Shown here: piece by piece, positions 12,351-23,684 of the stretch
Position numbering within the stretch: the stretch's first letter is position 1
How the letters are laid out: every line of letters begins with the position of its first letter
Origin: Octopus bimaculoides
Taxonomy: Eukaryota
NCBI RefSeq assembly: GCF_001194135.2
Contig: NC_068989.1
Span: forward strand, 42,145,268-42,178,584
Reading direction: 5' to 3'
Length of the DNA: 33,317 nt
Notes under the pieces: generated by a model
Databases searched by the model: none
Seen by the model: only the letters and a program-made list of their open reading frames with translations
What the model was told of the DNA's origin: nothing
Program-made: the position numbers and the translations under genes

Positions 12351-12865
12351 AATATACCTTATATATTGATCTGTCTAATTTGCTTATCCCCACATTTTTT
12401 CTATTCCTTCTCAACTTTGTATCTTTTGAGCACTATTAAGTGTATTGAACACAGAAAATATCTGGATCTCATCTATGAACTATATACATTTTGCTCGGCC
12501 GAGCACTACTAAGAGGTAACACTCATGGATAAGCAATTTTTATGCACGTCTACAAAGAATATCCCAATCCCACCAAGGGATCTCTACATGGAACTCTTAC
12601 AACAGAAAACTAATGACTTCATCACTCGAATGAGGTGGAGAACCGTCAACTACCTTTTGATATGTATACATATATATATACATATTTTGTATTTCGTGTA
12701 TTTAATATACTTTATATATTGATATGTCTAATTTTCTTATCCTCAAGTTTGCTTCTTTGTGAGTATATTTTTATGTATACAGTCCGACGATGGCTAAGCT
12801 GGCCGAAATTTTGAAGTCGCTGACAACTGCATTTTTGGTTAAGAATAATAAATTTGTACTCTGCA
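12351..12865 (+). mobile_element. Penelope-like retroelement relic (ORF N-terminus between ~50-bp direct repeats, followed by hammerhead motif and AATAAA)
   Basis: 12525-12656 encodes STKNIPIPPRDLYMELLQQKTNDFITRMRWR, resembling the recalled KNIPIP...KRMRWKA N-terminus of Penelope-type ORFs. The repeat gtatttaatatac.ttatatattgat.tgtctaattt.cttatcc lies on both sides. Confidence 0.7.
12780..12822 (+). ncRNA. Hammerhead-like motif (U4C variant), stem III relic of ACTTCGAAGT, GUC site
   Basis: CAGT-CCGACGA-T-GGCT(5)GGCC-GAAA-TTTTGAAGT-C-GCTG; sister copy near 17810-17840 keeps GAAACTTCGAAG. Confidence 0.55.
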
Positions 12866-12986
12866 AAAGTATAGAGTAATCCACCTGATTAATGTAAAAT
12901 TGTTTTTCTTATAACTGAACATAAAAAACAAACATTAATATACATATTCATATACATACACACTTTCACACACACTTTCACACACA

Positions 12987-13042
<56 letters not shown>

Positions 13043-13046
13043 TATA

Positions 13047-13287
13047 TGAGAGAGACGGAAGATAGAAAATGCAAGAATATTGACCACTACAGTTGCTTCG
13101 ACCCATCTAGCATCGATTCTTCGCGGGTGGGATACTGAATAATTGATTTAGGTGACACATCTACACCGAGGGGTACACCTAAACCAGTTACTCAGTATCC
13201 CACCCGCAAAGGTTCGATGCTAGATGAGTCGAAACAATTGTAGTGATCAATGAAGATTATCGCATCTTTTATCTTCCATCTCTCTCA
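13047..13287. repeat. ~240-bp palindromic element (arms 13047-13154 and 13176-13287, 21-nt loop)
   Basis: Arms are clearly reverse-complementary over ~110 bp with scattered mismatches and one 5-nt indel. Confidence 0.9.
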
Positions 13288-13595
13288 GTAATCAAATACC
13301 CAACGAACACTGAGCCAGTGAACGTGGCTTTACCAGCAAACTACAAGGTATACAATACGATTTATTAACACACACACACATGTCACCAATTCTATGTATT
13401 ATGTAACGTGTGTTTATGGCTGTTTTTATGTCTGTCTATGTATTTTTTTTTTTTGCAGAGCATCACGAGAGCAACCAATCGTAAGACGCAGCACTGTGAA
13501 AAGACATTTCTATCTTTTAAGAAGACAATTCCAAAATTCTAGTAACCAACATTGATAAATAGATTAAGGAGACGAATCCTGGGAAATCACTGACA

Positions 13596-13656
13596 ATGGA
13601 CACCTGTTATGAAAATGAGATAATCTCACCCAAATCAAAACAGACAGCTTTAATTC
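13596..13656 (+). CDS. First coding exon of uncharacterised coiled-coil gene (MDTCYENEIISPKSKQTALI); exon probably 13459-13656
   Basis: Poly-T-GCAG acceptor ending 13458; ATG in ACAATGG context; in-frame TAG upstream at 13560; C|GTATGT donor, phase 1, joining the 17466 exon in its open frame. Confidence 0.7.
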
Positions 13657-13775
13657 GTATGTGTACTGGCCTTACAGTTTTGTTTCTCTTTGTATTCACA
13701 TTGATTTGAGCAATAACTGTGGGAGCATGCGCGCGCGCACGAGTGTGTGTGCGCGTGCGTGCATGTGTGTGTGTG

Positions 13776-13810
<35 letters not shown>

Positions 13811-13832
13811 AGATTACGTATTAAGATATATA

Positions 13833-14109
13833 TGAGGTAGATTCCAGAAGTTTTGAGACTTCCCTTCACCCGCCTTACAATCCATATCTCGCACTCTGTA
13901 ACTTTTGATTGTTCCCCAAGCTAAAGGAGAACATCAGGGGCAGTCGTTCTTAAAATGAAGGAGGCTTTGACAAGGGTCCTGGACACCTTCATTGTGGAGA
14001 ACTTCCATAGGTCCTTCATGAAGTAGCTGGAGCGCTGCAAGATGTCCATTGCAGTTAGAGGTTAGATGTCACTTTTGACAAAGTCTGAAAATTTCTGTAA
14101 TATGCCTTG
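13833..14109 (+). mobile_element. Internally deleted mariner derivative
   Basis: Imperfect TIRs with TA flanks; encodes HPPYNPYLALCNF*LFPKLKENIRG (YSPDLAP-region relic). Confidence 0.8.
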
Positions 14110-14922
14110 TATGTATACATACATGGATACATGCTTATACATACATACATACATACATACATACATACATACATGCTTATACATACATATACATACACAC
14201 ATACACATGTATATGTATACATATGCGCATACATATATATATATATACATATATATNNNNNNNNNNNNNNNNNNNNNNNNNNNNNNNNNNNNNNNNNNNN
14301 NNNNNNNNNNNNNNNNNNNNNNNNNNNNNNNNNNNNNNNNNNNNNNNNNNNNNNNNNNNNNNNNNNNNNNNNNNNNNNNNNNNNNNNNNNNNNNNNNNNN
14401 NNNNNNNNNNNNNNNNNNNNNNNNNNNNNNNNNNNNNNNNNNNNNNNNNNNNNNNNNNNNNNNNNNNNNNNNNNNNNNNNNNNNNNNNNNNNNNNNNNNN
14501 NNNNNNNNNNNNNNNNNNNNNNNNNNNNNNNNATATATATATATATATATATATATATACATGAGTGTTTGTGAGTTTTTAGTTCTTCGTTCCTTCGTTC
14601 TTTCAGTTTACTATACTCTGTAATTATCGATTTAATTAAATATCTATTTTCTTTATCTTATCTTACATACACACGCACGCACACATGCACGCGCACACAA
14701 ATATATATGCATGCATGCATACATACATACATACATACATACATACATACACATACACGTATATATAATACACACGCACACACATATGCTAGTTAGTGCG
14801 GTACGTTTATTTAAATATTGGTATACGATTACCAACCCAAGTTATTTCTGATTGTTTTTCACGTAACACTTAACGCTGCTGTTTAATTAATATTCTATCT
14901 CAAATTATTTGACCTCATATTT

Positions 14923-15153
14923 ATTTCTTTATTGCCCACAGGGGGTTAAACATAGAGGGAACAAACAAAGACAGACAAAGGGATTAAGTCGATTACATCG
15001 ACCCCAGTGCGTAACTGGTGCTTATTTAATCAACCCCGAAAGGATGAAAGGCAAAGTCGAACTCGGCGGAGTTTGAACTCAGAACGTAACGGTAAATGAA
15101 ATGTCGCTAAGCATTTCGCCCGGCGTGTTAACGTTTCTGCCAGCTCGCCGTCG
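14923..15153 (-). mobile_element. tRNA-derived SINE (GGCGGCGAGCTGG family) with candidate 8-bp TSD
   Basis: Full head-to-tail match; TCATATTT at 14915-14922 and 15154-15161. Confidence 0.88.
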
Positions 15154-15536
15154 TCATATTTCGTTATTTTAACTATTATGGATGGAATTTGTTCCAAAAT
15201 GTTCGATACATGAAGAAACGTTTTGAAATAACTACATTTATAGATTTAAAAAAAATAATAATTTCCGAAGAACTCCTGGAATTAATGAAAGCTAAGATTC
15301 TTTTTTAGCGCAATAAACCAATAAAATGTAACTATATACAACTATTTATCCATACGTCATTGCTGTGAACTCGTAGACGGGTGTGACAATTGCTGACAAA
15401 TCATTGTATCCGAGACGCGAAAGACAATGTCTATCAGTAATGGCCGTGCTGAATTTTAAAGCTAATAACGGCTGGCTCAGTAACACTAAGACTCTAATCT
15501 CCCTCCAAAGCTAAGTAGTTCAGAAACAATCTAGAA

Positions 15537-16155
15537 CAGTGTTTCTCAACCGGTGTTTGTATAAGATTTTGGGATGGGGGGTGGTCTATACAGCAAAATA
15601 GTAAAGTGGGGATCCACAATAGTATTTTAAGGAACCCCAGAAAAATTTTGCTTTAGATGTATGTATTGATATGTATTGCAAGAAACAGCTAGGTTTCTTT
15701 CTCTAACACTATACATAGATCAACCTAGACAAGTGAATGTGTGAGAAACAAAATAGGAATTTTGTAAGAGGCTTTAAAACTAGTTTTTAAACATCAAATG
15801 GCTATGGGGGTCCACCAGAGTAAAGTAGTAAAGAAACGGATCAATAGATTAAAAAATGGTCGAGAACAGCCGATGCAAGACTTTAGGAAATCCACACGGG
15901 AATACACAAGAGTTCATCAATGATCCATGTAAGAATTTTGCCTTAGATGATTTATAGCAAGAATCAACTGGGTTTATTTCTCCAACGTTTAACATAATTC
16001 AACCTGCACAAGTTAATGTGGGGAAAACAAAATAGAAATTTCGAAAGAAGTTCCTATAAAACCACTTTTTAATCATCGAATGACTATGAGGAGTCCCCCA
16101 GGATAAAAAAATAATTAAAGGGGTTAGTAGATAAAAAAATGATTGAGAATCCTTG
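15537..16155. mobile_element. hAT-like MITE (15537-15872) followed by a second, 5'-truncated tandem copy
   Basis: Ends CAGTGTTTCTCAACC / GGTCGAGAACAGCCG; internal blocks (aattttgc.ttagatg, caacct...caagt, aaaatag.aattt) recur at ~15930-16155. Confidence 0.65.
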
Positions 16156-17040
16156 ATTTCCTACTTCACAATGAGGCGGCTGTTACTTCAGAATTTTCCT
16201 CTCCCAGAGGGATATCTAGATAAAGACTTGGGTCTCTCACTCTCAGCTGTTCGACTCCACTGTGATATAATTAGCCCTTCGTTCTGCAGGGGTTCCGAAA
16301 ACCGTCCTCCTTATTAAGCAGACTTAGTAAGGTTGCCGGTTTAGTGTAGTCATCGACGGCCCGACCATGCAACGAGTTGCACTGGGTTACATGTTACCAA
16401 TAGCACTAACAGTAACCTGACCCATACATACACACATACAGACGGGCAGACAGACACACGCACACTCATACACACATGCACAGATATGCATGTATGTGTG
16501 TATGTATGTACTATGCCCTGTATATAGTTCAGGTTGACTGGGATATTAAGATGCCCAGCCACCTGTTAAACCAATCTGAATGTCAGTAGTGTTCAAATAC
16601 ACATACACACTCACACTCACACACACTCACACTCACACACAAATAATTATAAGTTGAGCAAGCTAGTGGGTTAAACTTGAAGTGATCCTCAGTTAAGACT
16701 TAGCAATACCTACCTACCTACCTACCTGCCTACCTACCTACCTACCTACCTACCTACATACATACATACATACATACATACACACATACATACATGTACA
16801 CACACATACACACACTCATATATATACATACATATATGTATGCATACGTACGTATATACATACATTTGTACATGCATACATGCATGCATACATACATACA
16901 TACATACATACATGCATACATACATACATACATTCATACATACACACACATGCATGCATATATACATATATGTGTGCGTATGCAGGTACATATGCATATA
17001 TGTATATGTGTATGTACATATGTATATGTACATATATGTA

Positions 17041-17227
17041 CGAGGGGGTGCTGAAAAGTTCCTGGCTTTGGGCAAAAGGAAATGCGGGCGGATCAGTTAA
17101 TTATGATTTTATTCAACACATTCCCCTTTTAGATTCAAACACTTATTGCAGCGGTTCTACCGTTTTTCTACGCCCTGCAAAAGAAGTCGGAAGGCTTGGC
17201 TTCCAGGGACTTCTCAGCACCCCCTCG
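17041..17227. mobile_element. Mariner-type MITE, 187 bp
   Basis: TIRs CGAGGGGGTGCTGAAAAGTTCCTGG / CCAGGGACTTCTCAGCACCCCCTCG, TA on both sides. Confidence 0.92.
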
Positions 17228-17316
17228 TATATTTTTGTAGTATGTATACAATGAGAGTGTGCAAATGTGTGTAATTGGATGTATTTAAAAGGGTGAGTGA
17301 GAGAGAGAGCGAGAGA

Positions 17317-17351
<35 letters not shown>

Positions 17352-17465
17352 AGTGTGTATTTGTGTGTGTGTGTGTGCGTCTGTGTGTGCACGTGTGTTT
17401 TAAGTGTGTATTTATGTTTGTATACATTTAGAGTACTGATGCTCAGAATCTTTACTCCCATACAG

Positions 17466-17612
17466 AACTAATAGAGTACATGAGTAACAAACTATCAAAG
17501 TACAACATTGAAAACGAAGCTTTCGAAGAGGAACTGACTAGCGTTGAAAAAGAATTGAGTATAAAGAAGGAAATCATTAGTAAACACCGTGAAAATATGG
17601 TTCAAGTTGATA
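17466..17612 (+). CDS. Coiled-coil gene exon 2 (147 nt, phase 1-1): LIEYMSNKLSKY...NMVQVD
   Basis: TACAG acceptor, A|GTAAGT donor, open frame, E/K-rich heptad pattern. Confidence 0.85.
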
Positions 17613-18151
17613 GTAAGTACATATATATATCTTATTGCTATCACCAGCTTCTTTTGAAGTCTATACATGGTAAAGCTAACGGAGGGAGCTGCTATTTGGT
17701 CCCACAAAATTTTTAGAAACGTATTAATGTTTGTTTTTTTATGTTCAGTTACAGTAAAAACAATTTTACATTAATCTAATGGTTTATTCTAGATTTTTGT
17801 AGAATCGAATCGACGATAGCTTAGCTGGCCGAAACTTCGAAGGTACCGTCAACAAAATTCTTGTTTAAGAATGATAAATGTTTTTAGAAATAGCTCCAAA
17901 AACTCCTTCACATCATTCCATATTGACTAAAAAAAAATCCCCCAAAACAGTATATGTCTGTATGTGTATGGGTGTGTGTGTGTATGAGTGTGTGCGTGTG
18001 TGGATTGAGTGTGTATACATATGTACATAATACGTACCTGCAAATACTTTCATACATACATACATACACACACACACATGTGTGTGTGTGTATGCATGTA
18101 TAACCAGGCCTATTCCCCATTTTTTAGGAGGGGGTAACCACAACAAAACAT

Positions 18152-18897
18152 ATGCTGGTTTACCCCTGCTGCATCATGCTAGTTCATACCCCTTTGAGCA
18201 ACGTTAGTATTCACTCATCTGTCCACCAACACTCTCGAAGCATTCCTATCATTTATAAAGTTTCTTGCCTCTCTCACTCCAACACCTCTAGCCACCAAAG
18301 CTTTCCTCATTCCATCCATCCACACAAACCGAAATCTGCCTCTGGTTCTGTTGCTTACCACTTCTACCTTCATCATCCTCCTTACCATCCGCTCCTCATC
18401 CATCCTCTCCATGTGGCCAAACCACCTCAACATTTGTCTATCCACTTTGCTTGTTAGTTTTTCTCTCATTCTTGCTCGCCTTCACACCTCCTCATTCCTC
18501 ATCCTGTCCATCCGTGTCACACCAACCATAGCCCTTAGACATCTCATCTCAAACACATCCAGTCGCCTCCTTTCCGCCTCTCTCAGCCCTCACATCTCTG
18601 CACCACATAACATTGTCGGCACAATCACGCCCTCAAACACACCTCTTTTCGCTTTCATACTCAACCTTTTATCTCTCAGCATACCTTTCACAACTTCAAG
18701 TGTCTTACTCCCCTCCCTCACTCTGCTGTCACGTGTGATCCCACATGCTTAAAAAACACTCATCTCCTCTAACATCTCACCATTTATACTCACATCCATC
18801 CTACCAGCCATTCCATCTCTCGAACATTTCATCACCTTACTCTTAGCTATATTCACTTTCAGTTTCCTCCTCTCACACACTCCAAACTCCACCAAAT
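18152..18897 (-). mobile_element. RTE-clade LINE, 5'-truncated ORF2 3' end
   Basis: KLKVNIAKSKVM...VIVPTMLCGAEM...LDVFEMRCLRAM...MLRWFGHMERM...RGRFRFVWMD with stops. Confidence 0.9.
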
Positions 18898-19624
18898 ACA
18901 TATAATATACATATATGTTCGAATATATTTTGTGTACACAATGTCTGTGTGTATGTATGTATCTTCTATACCATGATAAGGAAATCTTCTTATTAGTTAG
19001 TTGTAATCATATAACTTTTACCAAAGGAAAACAATTATTGAAGTCTCCACTGTCTAAAAAATTCCAATTTCAATACATTTTTATCAAAATATGGTTTTTG
19101 AAATTCTTTTATTAGTGAAGATTTCAACTACACACTAACCAGAAGATACATTTTTTTTTCACTGCGATATGCGTTTTTAACGTCTTACATTTTTCTCCTG
19201 TTTCCTAGCAACTTTCTCTTCCCTCTCTCTCTCCTCTCTTTTCATCTCTTTGTTTACATCTTGTTTCTGCTTGTCTTTCTATTTTTATATCCATGCAGCG
19301 TTGTCTCTCTAACGCTTATGCTCAACTTTTATTTGTTTTTCAAGGACCTTCTCCATTCAGTTTTCGTCTCTTCTCTCTCCCATATCCCCCGCCATATTTG
19401 CTTCTTTTAAACTAAGTTTGTATCCCTTCCTTTCTTATTTCATTTAATACTTTCTCCTCCGCACTATTAGTTTCATTTTCTTAGCAACACTTTCCTCTTT
19501 CTCTCTTTCTCTCTTCCTATCTCTCTCTCCCCCTCTCTCTCTCGCTCTGTGTCTTTTACTCTCTGTCTTTCTACCACCCTTATTCAATTTCTTTTCAGGA
19601 AAAATAAGTCATGACAAAGTTCTT

Positions 19625-19658
<34 letters not shown>

Positions 19659-20054
19659 TCTCTTTCTCTCTCTCCTCTTTTGTCTTTTTCTCTCTCTCTC
19701 CTCTTTTGTCTTTTTCTATCTCTATCTCTCTCTGTCTTTCTTTCTCTCTCTCCCTCTCTCTCCCTCTATCTCCCTCTCTCTTTTTCTCTCTCTGTCTTTC
19801 TCTCTACCACCGTTATTCAATTTTTTTTTCAGGAAAAATAAGTCATGACAAAGTTTTTCTTTCAGATACTTTGAGAATATTGGTGAAAATTTTTACATTA
19901 TATCTATTTACCCTACCAGAATCACATAGAAATTTTATGTTTCAAGTTTCATTCGGTTATACACAAATGTGTATAATATAATATATACACTGCGCTATCA
20001 GTTTTCGCAATAGGATTTTTCAATTCAACATTATACCAGCAGAAATCCACCAGG

Positions 20055-20085
<31 letters not shown>

Positions 20086-20144
20086 GTGTATGTATGTATA
20101 TGTAAGTATTTATTCATGTGTGTGTGTGTATATATATATATGTA

Positions 20145-20321
20145 AGAGAGGGTGGTGAAAAGTTCCTGGCTTTAAGAGTATCACAATAGGCTTGGCTGGA
20201 GGTCCAACCTTCCGAGTTCTTTTACAGGGCTTAGAAAAACTAAAGGGCCGCTGCAATAAGTGTGTTAATCCGAGAGAGGAATGTTACGGATAAAATCATA
20301 ATTAACTGATCCTCCTGTATT
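20145..20321. mobile_element. Truncated copy of the 17041 MITE, opposite orientation
   Basis: One TIR plus interior reverse-complementary to ~17085-17190. Confidence 0.8.
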
Positions 20322-20334
20322 CATGTTTTTATTA

Positions 20335-21402
20335 ATGCCTGTTTTCAATCTGATGATCTGTGGCCCAGACACTACTGATAACAAGAAACAATCAACCACC
20401 AACAAATATTTCGTTCGGTATTTGTGCATACTCTCGTTCAAATGCTGCCCTCAATTCGTCGACTGTAACCGGTTTTCTATTATAAGCTTTATCCTTTAAG
20501 TAACTCCATAAAGCGTCTTGTGATGTGAAGTCTTGAGAAAGCTGAGGGTATTCTACTGAGGGTAGGTATTCTATTGAAACTTTACGTTCAATCTACCTGT
20601 TTGGCTAAAATCTAAACAATGTAGGTCCCTACATTACTATAGTACTATGAGAGTGGTCCATCTTTCTTGAAATAAAACTCTACATCTTCAAGTCCTCTCC
20701 AGTGCTTGGTATGACAGAGTGTCGCAGAAAACTTAAATGGGACCGATCGCAGTACCATCAAAAGCCGCACCATTATTTAACTCCAGCTAAATTAAAATAC
20801 TGTTCCTCCATAATCGGATTAATTGATCCATTTAATTTAAATGTAGCCTCATCATTTCAAACAGTCTCTGTTGCAAAGCGTGCATCTTCTACGTTTCTTG
20901 CAAGGTACAACTCGCAAAGCTACACTCTTCGGTCCGAAAGTCCTTACTGAGAGCGTGGACCATTCTTAAAAGGTGACTTCTCCAGTGACAGCGCTTCGAC
21001 ATGTAGCAGACACGTGATTTTTTACCTTTCTCAAGACTCGCTGACCGAACTGGTTTTCTTCAACTCTGGCAATACATTACTAGTATCCTTCTTTGATTTG
21101 TGAAGCTCATTGATGTTCGCCGTCTTCCGGAACGCTTCTTGTGAACATTCTGAACACTCTCATCTGCTCTAAACTTGCATCTAATTCGAGTGACAGCTAA
21201 TCATATAAGTGGATCTGTTTGAAATTCCATTGTTAACTGATACCTAGAACTTCGGCTTCCAGTTTCACTTGAGTATAAATTTCCGTTGTTCAAGGCTTAG
21301 TCTGACTCTTTTCATTATTTCTAGTGGGTTAACTCTAAAAAGAAATGAAAATTATGTGTTATTACTTGTTAAAGTGTGCTAATATTTTTAGGGTACACCA
21401 TG
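20335..21402 (-). mobile_element. Decayed Tc1/mariner-superfamily transposon, rosa (DD41D)-like
   Basis: Minus strand [37 protein letters not shown] ([11 protein letters not shown] motif), YFKKDG, and degenerate downstream catalytic region; TIR-like end near 21370-21402. The exact D-D spacing is not measurable because of frameshifts. Confidence 0.75.
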
Positions 21403-21561
21403 TGTGTGTGCGTGCATATATATATGTATGTATATATATATATAGCCATTCTTTACCCCGTGGAATTGATCCTCTGTAAAGACATCGGAATCTAAGTTTG
21501 AATCTTTGGAGCACTAAGTTTCTTCTATACTGAGAATCGTTGGATCTCATCAGTGGACTAT

Positions 21562-21570
21562 ATATATACA

Positions 21571-21637
<67 letters not shown>

Positions 21638-21672
21638 TTATCTATCTATCTGTCTGTCTGTCTGTATGTCTA

Positions 21673-21753
<81 letters not shown>

Positions 21754-21775
21754 ATATATATATATATATATATAT
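21562..21775. repeat. Compound microsatellite (TATC)n-(TGTC)n-(TC)n-(TATC)n-(TA)n
   Basis: Direct reading. Confidence 0.95.
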
Positions 21776-22047
21776 GACGGTGGGGGTGTATATGTATGTA
21801 TGCCTGTATGTATGTATGTTTGTTTGTGTGTATGTATGACGGCAGCACCATCTTTGATGCTTGAAATTTACTCTAGCATTGGTCACATTTGTGGTAGGAA
21901 ACAAAAAAGTTCCTTGCACTAAATTAAATCTTTTGGTACCTTTCATTTAAGTAGCATATTGTCCATCCTAATTACTGCTCAAGCGCGCATTAGTGTATGA
22001 ATATACGTGTATGAAGGCGTGTATATACAAACGTGTGTATGTGTATA

Positions 22048-22088
<41 letters not shown>

Positions 22089-22178
22089 ACAATGGGGTCT
22101 CGGAATTTCTCGAGCCGATGGATCANNNNNNNNNNNNNNNNNNNNNNNNGTGTGTGTGTGAGTGTGTGTGTGTGTGTG

Positions 22179-22219
<41 letters not shown>

Positions 22220-22728
22220 ACAATGGGGTCTCGGAATTTCTCGAGCCGATGGATCATTCGGCCCGAAAATAAACGTAGCAACGAAGGGGAAGTACCCTAT
22301 CCAGTCCTTGAAATGTGCTAGAAATAGTAACCAAACGTCTCTTAACTCATATCCTACTGTCCTTAATAAGGCTCCTGTTGATAAACGTTGTCTGTAACAT
22401 ACAAGCGAAATGATGGACACAACTGGAACACATTTGGTCACACATGTGATTCAGCAGGAATGACAGGTCATGGGGCAAAACAACAACAACAACAACAACA
22501 ACAGCAACAGCCAACAGCAACAGCAACAGCAGCAGCAGTGATTCTTAACTAAACATTCTCAGTATTCAATGCTTTCATTTAAAAAACGAAAACCCTTATA
22601 ACATTCAATTCTTTTATATTCTATTTCCCTTATAGCATTCAGTTCTTTTATATTCTTTGGTTCTGTTTATTCTGTTATTCTGTCAGTTTGTTATACTCTT
22701 CGTGTTTTTTTTTTCTCAACCCATCAAG

Positions 22729-22875
22729 ATCACATCAATAGTTTAACTCGTAGACTGACAGAGATGTCTGTTGAAATAGCTCCATATCGAGTAAAGTACA
22801 GTAACTGCGTGCGCTCTATAGAACCTCTTGAAGATTCCGTACAGAGAAAATCAAAAGCAGTTGAGCAGTTAGAAG
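22729..22875 (+). CDS. Coiled-coil gene exon 3 (147 nt, phase 1-1): HINSLTRRLTEM...KAVEQLE
   Basis: Poly-T tract plus CAAG acceptor, AAG|GTGAGT donor, open frame continuous with exons 2 and 4. Confidence 0.88.
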
Positions 22876-23098
22876 GTGAGTATCCGCTAGTATTTCTGCG
22901 TGCGTGTGTCTATATACAGGGTTGACCAAAAGTCACCCGACAGTAAATCAAATTTCCATAAATACTATCTGAAATTTTGTATTGACTCGAATGGAAAAAA
23001 TATGTCGCTCAAGAAGGACATAAGTTTGAAGAATTTTCATGATCATTATTTACATTATTTACGATTGACGGATATTTGTCCTCATCTTGTTTGATGTT

Positions 23099-23144
23099 AG
23101 CACAACGTTTCGGCTGATATACCTTCTAGCCTTCATCAGGTGTC
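23099..23144 (-). ncRNA. Minimal type I hammerhead ribozyme (left arm)
   Basis: GACAC-CTGATGA-A-GGCT...AGCC-GAAA-CGTT-GTGCT; intact core, palindromic ACGT stem III, GUU cleavage triplet. Confidence 0.75.
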
Positions 23145-23250
23145 TTGGGGAAATTTCGAACCTGGGTTTTCATTCGTAAGGCATTTTTCGATGTTGTTAT
23201 TGTCGTTATTATTATTATTATTATTATTATTATCATCATCATCATCATCA

Positions 23251-23325
<75 letters not shown>

Positions 23326-23638
23326 TCACTGCCTGGAATCGAACTCGGAATCTTGGGGTTAGTAGCCCGCGCTCTTAACCACTACACCATATGCCTGGGG
23401 TTAGTAGCCCGCGCTCTTAACCACTACGCCATATGCCCGTGGGCATATGGTGTAGTGGTTAAGAGCGCAGGCTACTAACCCCAAGATTCCGAGGGCATAT
23501 GGCGTAGTGGTTAAGAGCGCGGGCTACTAACCCGAGTTCGATTCCAGTTCGATTCCAGGTAGTGACCTGAATAATAATAAGAAGAAGAACATCGAAAAAT
23601 ACCTTAGGAATCAGAACCCAGGTTCGAAATTTCCCCAA

Positions 23639-23684
23639 GACACCTGATGAAGGCTGTAGGGTATATCAGTCGAAATGTTGTGTT
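23639..23684 (+). ncRNA. Minimal type I hammerhead ribozyme (right arm)
   Basis: GACAC-CTGATGA-A-GGCTG(10)CAGTC-GAAA-TGTT-GTGTT; ACGT has become ATGT (CpG decay). Confidence 0.7.

Noticed and set aside
19561-19862. Duplicated ~65-bp block with strong TTTTCAG acceptor as an extra exon
   Set aside because: Local slippage duplication inside a CT tract; downstream frame is hydrophobic, unlike the repeat exons, and has no good donor.
22086-22255. 40-bp direct repeat either side of a 24-N gap
   Set aside because: Almost certainly overlapping contig ends (assembly artefact).
23321-23570. tRNA genes at the palindrome centre
   Set aside because: A and B boxes are present but the stems do not form a proper cloverleaf (broken T and anticodon stems, no matching acceptor 3' strand). 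These are SINE heads.
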